NCBI GenBank assembly: GCA_036828955.1
Contig: DAISRJ010000004.1
Coordinates: 15,687-79,686, forward strand
DNA: 64,000 nucleotides
Reading direction: 5' to 3'
Origin: Candidatus Dormiibacterota bacterium
GTDB taxonomy: Bacteria > Chloroflexota > Dormibacteria > Aeolococcales > Aeolococcaceae
Shown here: positions 8,392 through 17,114 of the stretch, piece after piece
Layout of the letters: each line of letters starts with the position of its first letter
Position numbering within the stretch: the stretch's first letter is position 1
Made by a program: the position numbers and the translations under genes
Notes under the pieces: generated by a model
Seen by the model: only the letters and a program-made list of their open reading frames with translations
Told to the model about the DNA's origin: nothing
Databases searched by the model: none

Positions 8392-10995
8392 ATGACCGAG
8401 CCAGAGACTGCGACCCCTGACGGCACCGTGTCTCAGCCGGAGCGCCTACCCGTCGTGCCCCTGCGCGACAACGTCGTCTTCCCGCATCAGCTCGCGCCGC
8501 TCGCGGCGGGACGGCCCCGCTCGGTCGCCGGCCTCCAGGCCGCGGTCAACGCCGAGGGCCGCGTCATCCTCGCCGTGCAGCGCGAGGCGGAACCCGACGA
8601 CGTCGGGTTCGAGGACCTCCACCCGGTCGCGGTCCTGGCCACCGTCGGGGCGTTGCGGCTGGTTCCGGGCTCCGGCGCCCACGCCCTGGTCGAAGGCCAG
8701 CAGCGCGTCCGCCTGCTCTCCTTCGACCAGGACGGCGATGTGTGGTCGGCGGCATACGAGCTTGTCGAGGACGGGGACGTCTCCGGCACCGAGGCCGACG
8801 CCCTGGCCGGGAGCGTTCGCCAGCTCTTCGGCGAATACGTCACCGCCGGCGGCCAGGTCCCCCCCGAGGTTGCTGCGGCCATGGCGCGCGCGATCGGCCC
8901 CGCGCGGGTGGCGGACATCGCCTCGGCCGCGCCCGACCTCACCGTCACCGAGCGGGTGGAGCTGCTCCAGTCGCTCGACGTCGTCGAACGCCTCCGCCGC
9001 CTGGCGCCGCTCTTCGGTCGACAGGTCGAGGTGGCGTCGATGCGCACCCGCATCCACGAGGATGTGCAGCGGACCATCAACAAGTCGCAGCGTGAGCACA
9101 TCCTCCGCGAGCAGCTGCGGGCGGTTCGCAAGGAGCTTGCCGACCTCGAGGGCGAGGGCGAGGAGGGCGAGGACCTCTCCACCCGCATCGAGGCCCTCGG
9201 CATGCCCGCCGCCGTGCGGGCGCGAGCTCTCAAGGAGGTGTCGCGCCTCGAGCAGATCCCCGGCGCGTCGCCGGAGATGGGCATGGTGCGCACCTGGATC
9301 GACTGGCTCATCGACCTCCCCTGGGGAGAGCGACCGGTCGAGCACATCGACATCGAGCGCGCCGCTGCGATCCTCGACGAGGACCACTACGGTCTCGACA
9401 AGGTCAAGGACCGCATCCTCGAGTGGATGGCTGTGCGTGACCGCGCCCAGCGCCGCGCCGCGGCCGTGGCGGAGGCGGCGGCACTCGAGGCTGCGGCCGC
9501 GGAGGTGGAGCCGGTCAGCGATATCGCCGCGCCCGTCGCCGACGTGGTCGATGCCGCCGCGGAGGTCGCGGGCCCGGAGCAGCCCGACCCGATGGTGGAG
9601 GCGACCACGCGCCCGCCGCGCGGGCTGCAGACGCCGATCCTCTGCCTGGTGGGACCGCCGGGGGTGGGCAAGACGTCGCTGGGGCGCAGCGTCGCCCGCG
9701 CCATGGGCCGTCGCTTCGTGCGCCTCTCGCTGGGCGGGATCCGCGACGAGGCAGAGATCCGCGGCCACCGCCGCACCTACATCGGCGCCCTCCCCGGCCG
9801 GATCATCCAGTCGATGAAGCAGGCGGGCACCGTCAACCCCGTCATCATGCTTGATGAAATTGACAAGGTTGGCACGGACTTCCGCGGTGACCCGTCGGCG
9901 GCGCTTCTCGAGGTCCTCGACCCCGAGCAGAACCGCGAGTTCAGCGACCACTACCTCGAGGTGCCGTACGACCTCAGCAACGTGCTCTTCATCACCACCG
10001 CCAACATGGTCGACACCATCAGCCCGGCGTTGCGCGACCGCATGGAGCTGATCCGCATCAGCGGTTACACCGAGGCCGAGAAGCTGGGCATCGCCGAGAA
10101 CCACCTGCTCCCGCGCCAGCTCGAGCAGCACGGCCTCGAACATGGCGAGCTGTTGATCTCGCACGAGACGCTCGTGGCCATTCTTCACGGCTACACCCGC
10201 GAGGCGGGCGTGCGCCAGCTGGACCGCACCATCGCGGAGATCGCGCGCAAGGTGCCGCGGCGGCTCGCCGCGGGCGCGGAGTCGGTGGTGGCGCAGCCCG
10301 ATCAGCTGAGTGACTTCCTCGGACCGCGGCGCTTCGACTACGGCGAGGCCCAGGACGCCGACGAGGTCGGCGCGGTGACCGGCGTCGTTGTCAGCGAGGT
10401 CGGTGGTGACATCGTCACCGTCGAGGCGCTGGCGGTTGAGGCCAAACCCGACCTCTCGCTCACCGGTCAGCTCGGCAGCGTCATGGAGGAGTCGGCGCGC
10501 GCCGCGCTCACGTGGGCGCGGGTGCACGCCGTCGAGTACGGGGCGCCGCGTGATTTCTTCGAGACGCACGCGCTCCACATCCACGTCCCCGCCGGCGCCA
10601 TTCCCAAGGACGGTCCTTCTGCGGGCGTCACCATGGTCACAGCGATGGTGAGCGTTGCGTCCGGGCGCCGCGTCCGTCGCGACGTGGCCATGACCGGCGA
10701 GGTGACCCTGCGCGGGCGCGTGCTGCCCATCGGCGGGGTCAAGGACAAGCTCCTTGCCGCGCACCGATCAGGGTTGACCACGTTCATCCTGCCGCGCAAG
10801 AACATTCGCGACCTCGATGAGATCCCCCGCGAGGTGCTCGACGCGGTGGAGGTCGTGCCCGTCGACAACGTCGGCGAGGTGCTGCAGCGTGCGCTCCTCG
10901 ACGAGCCCCCGGCGCAGCGGCGCGAGCGTCGCAACGCCGGGTTCATGCTGCCCCTGGGCACCGACGAGGGCCCGCACCCGACCATCACCGCCTGA
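8392..10995 (+). CDS. lon: ATP-dependent protease LonA
   Basis: N-terminal LON domain ([14 protein letters not shown]), AAA+ Walker A (GPPGVGKTS), DEIDK, and protease serine PKDGPSAG. The ATG at 8392 was chosen inside ORF 8233..10995 because the conserved N-terminus starts there. Confidence 0.95.
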   Translation: MTEPETATPDGTVSQPERLPVVPLRDNVVFPHQLAPLAAGRPRSVAGLQAAVNAEGRVILAVQREAEPDDVGFEDLHPVAVLATVGALRLVPGSGAHALVEGQQRVRLLSFDQDGDVWSAAYELVEDGDVSGTEADALAGSVRQLFGEYVTAGGQVPPEVAAAMARAIGPARVADIASAAPDLTVTERVELLQSLDVVERLRRLAPLFGRQVEVASMRTRIHEDVQRTINKSQREHILREQLRAVRKELADLEGEGEEGEDLSTRIEALGMPAAVRARALKEVSRLEQIPGASPEMGMVRTWIDWLIDLPWGERPVEHIDIERAAAILDEDHYGLDKVKDRILEWMAVRDRAQRRAAAVAEAAALEAAAAEVEPVSDIAAPVADVVDAAAEVAGPEQPDPMVEATTRPPRGLQTPILCLVGPPGVGKTSLGRSVARAMGRRFVRLSLGGIRDEAEIRGHRRTYIGALPGRIIQSMKQAGTVNPVIMLDEIDKVGTDFRGDPSAALLEVLDPEQNREFSDHYLEVPYDLSNVLFITTANMVDTISPALRDRMELIRISGYTEAEKLGIAENHLLPRQLEQHGLEHGELLISHETLVAILHGYTREAGVRQLDRTIAEIARKVPRRLAAGAESVVAQPDQLSDFLGPRRFDYGEAQDADEVGAVTGVVVSEVGGDIVTVEALAVEAKPDLSLTGQLGSVMEESARAALTWARVHAVEYGAPRDFFETHALHIHVPAGAIPKDGPSAGVTMVTAMVSVASGRRVRRDVAMTGEVTLRGRVLPIGGVKDKLLAAHRSGLTTFILPRKNIRDLDEIPREVLDAVEVVPVDNVGEVLQRALLDEPPAQRRERRNAGFMLPLGTDEGPHPTITA

Positions 10996-10997
10996 TC

Positions 10998-11648
10998 GTG
11001 GAGGGGCTCCGCGACCTCCTCGAGCTGACCGTCGTCGTCGACCCGACGTACTCCGAGAACTGCTACGTCCTTCGCCGCCGGGACAGCGAGGCGGTGATCC
11101 TCATCGACCCCGGCCTGCAGAGTGTGCGCGTCCTCCAGGTGCTCGACGCACGGAGCTGGCGTTGCGAGCGCATCCTGCTGACCCACGGCCACGGCGACCA
11201 CGTCAGTGGGGTGCCTGCCGTGGTCGCGGCACACCGGTGCCGCGTCGCTCTCCACCCCGCCGACCACGAGCAGCTCCTCAGGATGCGCATGCTCCCCGGC
11301 ATCCCGGCCGACATCCCCGACGTGGTCATCGACGACGACCTCGGCGACGGTCAGGTGATCAGCTGGCACGGCCTCGACATCGCTGTCATCCACACGCCGG
11401 GGCACACGAGGGGCTCCGTCTGCTTCCTCGCCGGCACCGACCTGCTCAGCGGCGACACGCTGTTCCGTCGCGGCGTCGGCCGGGCCGATCTCCCTGGTGG
11501 CGACTGGCCGACTCTGATGACCAGCATCGAGACGCGCGTGTACGCGCTGCCGGCCGACACCGTCGTGTATCCGGGCCACGGCACCACCACGACAATTGGC
11601 GAGGAGATGGCGTCGAATCCCTTCGTGGTCCATCCCCGCTACCGCTGA
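10998..11648 (+). CDS. MBL-fold metallo-hydrolase (glyoxalase II-like)
   Basis: THGHGDHVSG (HxHxDH), HTPGHTRGS and GDTLF motifs. 216 aa. Confidence 0.8.
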   Translation: MEGLRDLLELTVVVDPTYSENCYVLRRRDSEAVILIDPGLQSVRVLQVLDARSWRCERILLTHGHGDHVSGVPAVVAAHRCRVALHPADHEQLLRMRMLPGIPADIPDVVIDDDLGDGQVISWHGLDIAVIHTPGHTRGSVCFLAGTDLLSGDTLFRRGVGRADLPGGDWPTLMTSIETRVYALPADTVVYPGHGTTTTIGEEMASNPFVVHPRYR

Positions 11649-11656
11649 GGCCAGAG

Positions 11657-12229
11657 TCAGGCGCCGTCCCCGAGGCGCGAGATCAGTTCGAAGAGGATCG
11701 CCGCGGTCACGCCCCAGATCACGTTGCCGTCCGCCTCGTAGGTGTGCACCTCGCGCGACACGCCCTCGTGGATGACCGTTCGCTCGGTGTGGGGCACCTC
11801 CATCAGGGTGCGCAGGTCGACTCGGAACAGGCGCGCCACCTCGAAGGGATCGGGGCGCAGGTCGACATCGGTGCCCTGCAACGCCACGACGGGTGTGAGC
11901 CAGATGTTGGACACCGCGGTCAGGAACGGCGGCAGCAGCCCGATCACCTCCGCCGCGTCGTGAGGAATGGCGGCCTCTTCCCCGGCCTCCCGGAGAGCGG
12001 TGTCGACGACCGTCCGGTCGTGCGGTTCGCTGCCGCCCCCCGGCAGGGCGATCTGGCCGGGATGATCGCGGAGGTGGGCGGTGCGCTGCATGAACAGCAG
12101 GGGCAGACGCTCGTCCCGTGTGTCGAAGAGGAGAAGGACAGCGGCGGTGCGCCGGCCCGGTGGTGCGGCGAGCGGCGCACTGCCGACGGGGTCGACAACG
12201 CTGCGCAGGCGCTGCTCGAGGCTGCCCAT
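11657..12229 (-). CDS. Nudix hydrolase, CoA pyrophosphatase type
   Basis: LFMQRTAHLRDHPGQIALPGGG matches the NuCoA motif upstream of the Nudix box (PGGGSEPHDRTVVDTALREAGEEAAI). Confidence 0.75.
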   Translation of the reverse strand: MGSLEQRLRSVVDPVGSAPLAAPPGRRTAAVLLLFDTRDERLPLLFMQRTAHLRDHPGQIALPGGGSEPHDRTVVDTALREAGEEAAIPHDAAEVIGLLPPFLTAVSNIWLTPVVALQGTDVDLRPDPFEVARLFRVDLRTLMEVPHTERTVIHEGVSREVHTYEADGNVIWGVTAAILFELISRLGDGA

Positions 12230-12235
12230 CAGCCC

Positions 12236-12241
12236 ACTGTA
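12236..12241 (-). promoter_or_regulatory. -10-like hexamer TACAGT, 6 nt upstream of ATG 12229 (leaderless geometry)
   Basis: The minus strand reads TACAGT gggctg ATG. No Shine-Dalgarno. Confidence 0.35.
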
Positions 12242-12265
12242 GAAAAGCTCCCGCTCCGGACGGCG

Positions 12266-12439
12266 TCAGCCGACCCGTGACTCGCTGCTGCGGCGCAGGC
12301 TGGCGTCCAGGCGCGACATCGCGTCCGCGCGGCGCGTCGCCTCCTCGACGACGGCGGCAAGAACCTTCCCACGGCGATACCGCAGGGCCTGGTCGTTCTC
12401 GCTCGCGTCCGCGAGGCGCTGCGCGTCCCGGGCTGCCAT
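12266..12439 (-). CDS. small hypothetical protein (57 aa, predicted helical)
   Basis: Internal ATG of ORF 12266..12796, preceded by AGGAG with a 6-nt spacing. The upstream part of the long ORF is Arg/Ala-rich shadow sequence. Confidence 0.35.
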   Translation of the reverse strand: MAARDAQRLADASENDQALRYRRGKVLAAVVEEATRRADAMSRLDASLRRSSESRVG

Positions 12440-12580
12440 CTCGTGCTCCTGGGTGGGTGTGGACACCGCTCGTGCAGGGGTCAACGCCAAGCGGCTGACG
12501 GAACCGTACGCTTGCCGGAGTCGGCGTCGGTCACGCCCCGAGCAAGCCTCGGTAAATGTCGGTGAAGGAGATCGGCGATC

Positions 12581-12880
12581 GTGCAACGCCGTGGGGTGCG
12601 GACAGGGGCAGACCGGCCACCGCCGCGACCGTGCCCGCGCTGCGGCGCTCCGCTGCGCGGCTCTCACCGCGAGTACGCGGGAGGCGGGGCGAGCGTGCCG
12701 GTCCTGCGTTGCTCGGCATGTGGACACACCGTCAATGGAGACGCTCGCAACGACGCTGACCGCACCCCGGCCAACGGTGGCCGCTCGCGGCGCCACCAGC
12801 CGGTCGACGAGGGACCGCCGAGCAACCCGGTGATCGACGCCGACCTGGCGCGCCGCCTCCTCGAGGACCTGCGCGACTGA
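12581..12880 (+). CDS. small zinc-ribbon protein (99 aa)
   Basis: GTG start preceded by GAAGGAGA 9 nt upstream. CPRC...CSAC is a four-Cys ribbon pattern. No family recognised. Confidence 0.4.
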   Translation: MQRRGVRTGADRPPPRPCPRCGAPLRGSHREYAGGGASVPVLRCSACGHTVNGDARNDADRTPANGGRSRRHQPVDEGPPSNPVIDADLARRLLEDLRD

Positions 12881-12883
12881 GGC

Positions 12884-13684
12884 TCAGGCGGATGCTGCGG
12901 CCGCGCTCACACGCGAATGCCTGTCGAACCACTCCAACACGGCGGCGTTGATCTCGTCGCGGTCGACGTCGACGCTCATCCCGTGGCCGCTGCGCGGAAA
13001 GTGGCGGCGGCGCACCTCAGCGCTGCACACCAGGCGGCGCTCGATCTCCAGCGCATTGGCGGGGTCGATGGTGCGGTCGCGGCCCCCGTGGAGCAAGAGC
13101 ACGGGCGCGCGGATGGCCGCGAGCTCGTCGCGGACGTCGCCGAGCAGGTGCACGAACTCCGCGATGGCGCGCATCGGCCTGCGGCCGAGCGAGTGGAGCT
13201 CGTCGATCGCCTCGAGGTCGTAGAGATCGATGTCAGTGCCAGGGTGGTGCCAGCGAATCACGAGCCCCACCGCCGGCACAGCCCACCTGGCCGGTCCACG
13301 GAGCCACACCGGCGCCGCCATCGTGGCGACCGCCGCCACCCGCAGGTCGGTGGCGGCGAGGTGGAGCGCGATCGTCCCGCCCATCGACTGTCCCGCGACC
13401 ATGACCTCCGCGCACTCGGCGGCGAGCGCGTCCAGCGCCGCCTGCGCGGACGCGATCCATTCGCGCCGGCCGGTGGCCTCCAGCGCCTCGGGCGTCGACG
13501 CGTGCCCGGCCAGCGCCACCCCCCGGCACCGGTAACCGTGTGCCGCCAGGTGCTCACCGAGCCGTCGCAGCTCCGGTGGGGTGCCCGCGAAGCCGTGGAC
13601 GAGCAGGACGCCCCGTCTGCCGTCGCCGAGTGCCCAGGGGCGCACGACCTCGGGGTCGAACGGCGTCAGGGTGCGCGCGGCCAT
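12884..13684 (-). CDS. alpha/beta hydrolase, carboxylesterase (Est30/YvaK-like) type
   Basis: LLVHGFAGTP, nucleophile elbow GQSMGG, LLLHGGRDRTI and SGHGM. ATG 13684 was chosen because the rest of ORF 12884..14797 is antisense to trpD. Confidence 0.75.
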   Translation of the reverse strand: MAARTLTPFDPEVVRPWALGDGRRGVLLVHGFAGTPPELRRLGEHLAAHGYRCRGVALAGHASTPEALEATGRREWIASAQAALDALAAECAEVMVAGQSMGGTIALHLAATDLRVAAVATMAAPVWLRGPARWAVPAVGLVIRWHHPGTDIDLYDLEAIDELHSLGRRPMRAIAEFVHLLGDVRDELAAIRAPVLLLHGGRDRTIDPANALEIERRLVCSAEVRRRHFPRSGHGMSVDVDRDEINAAVLEWFDRHSRVSAAAASA

Positions 13685-13732
13685 CGGCCGCCGAGTATAT
13701 GGCGGGCTCCCGGATGCTACCGTCGCGCACAC

Positions 13733-14758
13733 GTGACCGATGAGCTGATGCGAGGGGCGCTGGAGAGGATCGTCGGCGGCGAGTCGCTCGATGTGTCGAC
13801 CGCGCGCGCGGTGATGGACATGGTCATGGACGGCAGCGCGACGTCCGCGCAGATCGGCGGGTTGCTCACCGGCCTGCGCACCCGCGGGGAGACGGTCGAC
13901 GAGCTGACCGGCATGGTCATGTCGATGCGCGACCACGCCACCCTGGTCGACCTGGAGCCGGGAGCGGTGGACACATGTGGCACCGGTGGCGACGGCACCA
14001 ACACCTTCAACATCTCCACGGCGGCGGCCCTGGTGGCGGCCGCAGCGGGCTGTCGCGTCGCCAAGCACGGCAACCGCGCCCAGTCGTCGCGCTGCGGCAG
14101 CGCCGACGTCCTCGAGGAGCTGGGCGTCCGTGTCGCGCTCGACGGCGAGGGGGTGCGTCGCTGCGTCGACGAGGCGGGCATCGGGTTCATCTACGCCCCG
14201 GCCTTCCACCCCGCCATGCGTCACGCTGCGGCGGTCCGTCGCGAGCTTGGCATCCGCACCGTCTTCAACGTGCTCGGCCCGCTCGCCAACCCGGCGCGGG
14301 TCCGTCACCAGGCCCTCGGCGTGGCGGGGAACGCGCCCGTGGCGGTGATGGCCACGGTCCTGCAGCGTCTTGGCCATCGCCACGCGCTCGTGTTCAGTGG
14401 GCCGGGCGGGATGGACGAGCTCGGCCTCGACGCCGTGACCCATGGGTACGAGGTCACCGAGACGGGCATGCGCGATATCGAGATCGATCCCCAGGCACTC
14501 GGCCTGGACGCGGCTCCGCGTGAGGCGCTGGCGGGCGGCGACCCCGCCACCAACGCGGCCGCCGTCCTTGGGGTGCTTGACGGTGAGCAGGGTGCGCGAC
14601 GTGACGTCGTGCTCCTCAACGCCGCGGCGGCCATGGTCGCCGCCGACCTCGCGCCCGGCATGGCGGAGGGGATCGAGCGAGGCAGAGCGGCGCTCGATTC
14701 CGGGGCGGCGCGACGCACGCTCAGCCGCCTCGTCGCCGCCTCCCAGGCGGCGGCGTGA
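13733..14758 (+). CDS. trpD: anthranilate phosphoribosyltransferase
   Basis: DTCGTGGDGTNTFNISTAAA, KHGNRA and AGIGFIYAPAFHPAM are the classic TrpD motifs. The GTG start is inferred (an ATG at 13748 is an alternative). Confidence 0.9.
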   Translation: MTDELMRGALERIVGGESLDVSTARAVMDMVMDGSATSAQIGGLLTGLRTRGETVDELTGMVMSMRDHATLVDLEPGAVDTCGTGGDGTNTFNISTAAALVAAAAGCRVAKHGNRAQSSRCGSADVLEELGVRVALDGEGVRRCVDEAGIGFIYAPAFHPAMRHAAAVRRELGIRTVFNVLGPLANPARVRHQALGVAGNAPVAVMATVLQRLGHRHALVFSGPGGMDELGLDAVTHGYEVTETGMRDIEIDPQALGLDAAPREALAGGDPATNAAAVLGVLDGEQGARRDVVLLNAAAAMVAADLAPGMAEGIERGRAALDSGAARRTLSRLVAASQAAA

Positions 14759-14795
14759 TGCGGGGACGCCACGCCCGCACCGTCGAGGGCAGCGC

Positions 14796-15491
14796 ATGAG
14801 CCGGGGTGGCGAGCTGTTCCGTCTCCAGGAGGTCGACAGCCGGCTCGCCCAGGACGCTGCCCGCCTCGCCGAGGTCGAGGCACAGATCGCCGCGGACCCG
14901 GAGCTGGAGAGGCGCCGCCGCGAGGCCCGCCTGCGCCGTCGCGAGCAGGCCGCGGCCGACGCCGACCTCGCCGCCGCCGAGAAGGAATCCGACGGGCTGC
15001 GACGCCGCGCCCGCGACCTCGATCGCCATCTCTACGACGGGTCGGTGCGCAACCCGCAGGAGTTGCTGGGCATGCAGCACGACCTCGAGGCGCTGCGCCG
15101 GCGCATCAACGCCGAGGACGAGGGCCTCCTCGCCCTCATGGAGGCGGCCGAGGCGGCCGCCGAGGCCGATCGCGAGGCCAACGCCGCCATCGTCGACCGC
15201 GAGCGTGAGCGGGCGGGTCATGCCGGCGAGCTGCTCGAGCAGGCGGTGGCGACCAGGCAGTCCGTGGAGCGCGACGAGCGCGACCGCGCGGAGCTGTCCG
15301 CGGCCATCGCCGCCCCCGACCTCGTCCTCTACGAGCGGCTGGCGCGACGCGTTCCCCCGGCGGTGGTGCGCATCCAGGCCGACAGCTGCGGCGGCTGCCA
15401 CATCCCCTTCGCCGGCTCGGAGGTGCGCCGCATCCGCGTCGCCGATGAACCGGTGCAGTGCTCGGGGTGCGACCGCATCGTGGTCCCTTGA
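14796..15491 (+). CDS. COG1579-type coiled-coil protein with C-terminal C4 zinc ribbon
   Basis: Long Ala/Glu/Arg-rich coiled coil followed by CGGCH...CSGC. ATG 14796 lies inside ORF 14442..15491. The position upstream of rnhA matches the arrangement I recall from Actinomycetota. Confidence 0.75.
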   Translation: MSRGGELFRLQEVDSRLAQDAARLAEVEAQIAADPELERRRREARLRRREQAAADADLAAAEKESDGLRRRARDLDRHLYDGSVRNPQELLGMQHDLEALRRRINAEDEGLLALMEAAEAAAEADREANAAIVDRERERAGHAGELLEQAVATRQSVERDERDRAELSAAIAAPDLVLYERLARRVPPAVVRIQADSCGGCHIPFAGSEVRRIRVADEPVQCSGCDRIVVP

Positions 15492-15952
15492 CCCAGACGG
15501 TGGTGGCCTACACCGATGGCGCGTGCTCGGGCAACCCCGGCGCCGGGGCGTGGGCCTACAGGCTGCAGTGGCCGGACGGCGCGGTGTCGGAGGACGCCGG
15601 CGCGACGGCGATGACCACCAACAACCGCGAGGAGTTGAAGGCTGTGCGCGAGGCCCTCCGAGCCGTGCGCGCGCGCATCGGCGCCGACCCGGGCTGGCGG
15701 ATCGTGGTTCGCACCGACAGCCTCGGCGTCATCAACTGGCTGTCGCGCACATGGAAGCGCAAGGCCAACCTCGACCTCTACCCGGGTATCGACAGCCTCA
15801 TGGACTCGCGCGTCCGCTTCGAGCACGTCCGCGGTCACAGCGGCGAACCGGGCAACGAGCGCGTCGACGCCCTGGCCGTCGCGGCCGTGGTGCGTCAGCT
15901 GGCGCAGGGGCCACAGCTCGCGCCTCCTCAGGGTGAGCTGCCCCTGGGCTGA
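15488..15952 (+). CDS. rnhA: ribonuclease HI
   Basis: YTDGACSGNPG, NNREELKAV, TDSLGV and GHSGEPGNERVDALA. The TTG at 15488 forms a TTGA overlap with the upstream stop. The ORF-track start at 15458 is the alternative. Confidence 0.85.
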   Translation: MTQTVVAYTDGACSGNPGAGAWAYRLQWPDGAVSEDAGATAMTTNNREELKAVREALRAVRARIGADPGWRIVVRTDSLGVINWLSRTWKRKANLDLYPGIDSLMDSRVRFEHVRGHSGEPGNERVDALAVAAVVRQLAQGPQLAPPQGELPLG

Positions 15953-16028
15953 CGCGGGCCGGCGGCGGTGGCGGCACGAGGCGGCCTGACCTGACGCCGT
16001 CGCCACGCTGGGAGGCCCGGGGTGGGGA

Positions 16029-16435
16029 GCGTGCAAGCCGGCCTGTAAGCCGGGTTCTGTCCCCGCCGCTCCGTTCACGGCCCACGGGCCGCCGCTCCCC
16101 GGCGGCGGGGGACGGCCATCCATCTACGACGCCGGTTACCCGGCGCCTCCAGCGGCCCGACCCGGGACATGGGGCGAGCAACCCCTGGACGGCGAACCGT
16201 CCGTCCCTGTTCGGCCTTGCTCCGGGCGGGGTTTACCTGGCCGACCGGTCACCCGGCCGCCGGTGGGCTCTTGCCCCACCATTTCACCGTTGCCGCGGCA
16301 CCGCCGCGGCTGTGTCTTTTCTGTGGCACTCTCCTTCGGGTTGCCCCGACTGGGCGTTACCCAGCGCCCTGCTTTGTGGAGCCCGGACTTTCCTCGGACG
16401 CTCAGCGCCCGCGGCCGTCCGGCCGGCTTGCCCGG
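16029..16435 (-). ncRNA. rnpB: RNase P RNA, bacterial type A
   Basis: The minus strand contains CCGAGGAAAGUCCGGGCUCCACA (16375-16397), GGGUAACGCC, GUGCCACAGAAAAGAC and ACAGAACCCGGCUUA (16046-16060). P1 forms between GCAAGCCGGCC (5', 16421-16431) and GGCCGGCUUGC (3', 16033-16043). The ends are good to a few nt. Confidence 0.93.
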
Positions 16436-16503
16436 GGAATTCTACCGCCGCGCCGCGACTCGGGCAGCGGCGTAGGGCGCGGCGAACGGCACATCTGTTC
16501 GCA

Positions 16504-16532
16504 TTGACGCGTTGAGTTGAGACTGCTACCGT
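16504..16532 (+). promoter_or_regulatory. candidate dcw (Pmra) promoter: TTGACG - 17 nt - TACCGT
   Basis: Consensus-like -35 at 16504-16509 and a TANNNT -10 at 16527-16532, about 90 nt upstream of mraZ. Confidence 0.5.
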
Positions 16533-16542
16533 TCGGCCCATC

Positions 16543-16569
16543 AGTGGGGCAGAGTGGTGAAAAGTGGGG
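16543..16569 (+). promoter_or_regulatory. candidate MraZ operator: three direct repeats AGTGG(G/T)G with 10-nt period
   Basis: AGTGGGG at 16543, AGTGGTG at 16553 and AGTGGGG at 16563, immediately downstream of the candidate -10. MraZ is known to bind phased GTGG-type repeats near its own promoter. Confidence 0.5.
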
Positions 16570-16619
16570 CATGGAATGTGGACCGACGACGGCAGCGACC
16601 CGATGGCCGGAGCTGACCC

Positions 16620-17072
16620 GTGTTCTACGGGGTGTTCCGCCATGCCGTCGACTCCAAAGGCCGCGTCGCCCTTCCCGCCCAGTTCCGGCGTGACCTTGGC
16701 GGCGCCGTCATCGCCCCGGGCGCCGAGAACCGCCTCGTGATCCGACCGATCATGGAATGGCAGGAGTACGAACAGCACTTCCGGCTCACCGCCGACAGCT
16801 CCGCCGAGCAGCGTCTGTTCATGCGTCACCTCTACGCCGGCGCACGGGAGGTGGACGTGGACGTCCAGGGGCGGATCCTGCTCAGCCCCGAGCATCGCGC
16901 CTTCGCCCGCATCGAGGACCGCGCCGTCTTCGTCGGGGTCTCCAACGTCGTGGACGTGGTGGGGGAGGCAGTCTGGGACAGCGAGAGCCTGCGTCTCGAC
17001 CCCGAGGTCTTCAGCCAGCTCGGAGACCGCGTCGCCCGCCCCGGCTCACCCGACGCGGGCGAGCGGGCGTGA
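16620..17072 (+). CDS. mraZ: transcriptional regulator MraZ
   Basis: Two SpoVT/AbrB-like halves are present, with DSKGRVALPAQFR and DVQGRILLSPEHR. GTG start with GGAG 7 nt upstream. Confidence 0.93.
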   Translation: MFYGVFRHAVDSKGRVALPAQFRRDLGGAVIAPGAENRLVIRPIMEWQEYEQHFRLTADSSAEQRLFMRHLYAGAREVDVDVQGRILLSPEHRAFARIEDRAVFVGVSNVVDVVGEAVWDSESLRLDPEVFSQLGDRVARPGSPDAGERA

Positions 17073-17114
17073 CCGCATCCATTTCAACCACACCAGCAAC
17101 GCAAAAGGGTATCC

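Noticed and set aside
8446-10764. 772-aa ORF on the minus strand
   Set aside because: It lies entirely antisense to lon, which has unmistakable LonA motifs. The product is Arg/Gly/Ala/Asp-rich with no motif, which is the typical shadow ORF of GC-rich DNA.
7209-10995. PLD nuclease plus Lon-like protease as a defence pair (BREX BrxL-like idea)
   Set aside because: The protease is a full housekeeping LonA with its N-terminal LON domain and its own leaderless promoter. No methyltransferase, helicase or other defence partners are nearby.
13685-14797. N-terminal 370-aa extension of minus-strand ORF 12884..14797
   Set aside because: It is antisense to trpD. The recognisable alpha/beta-hydrolase sequence begins only at the ATG at 13684.
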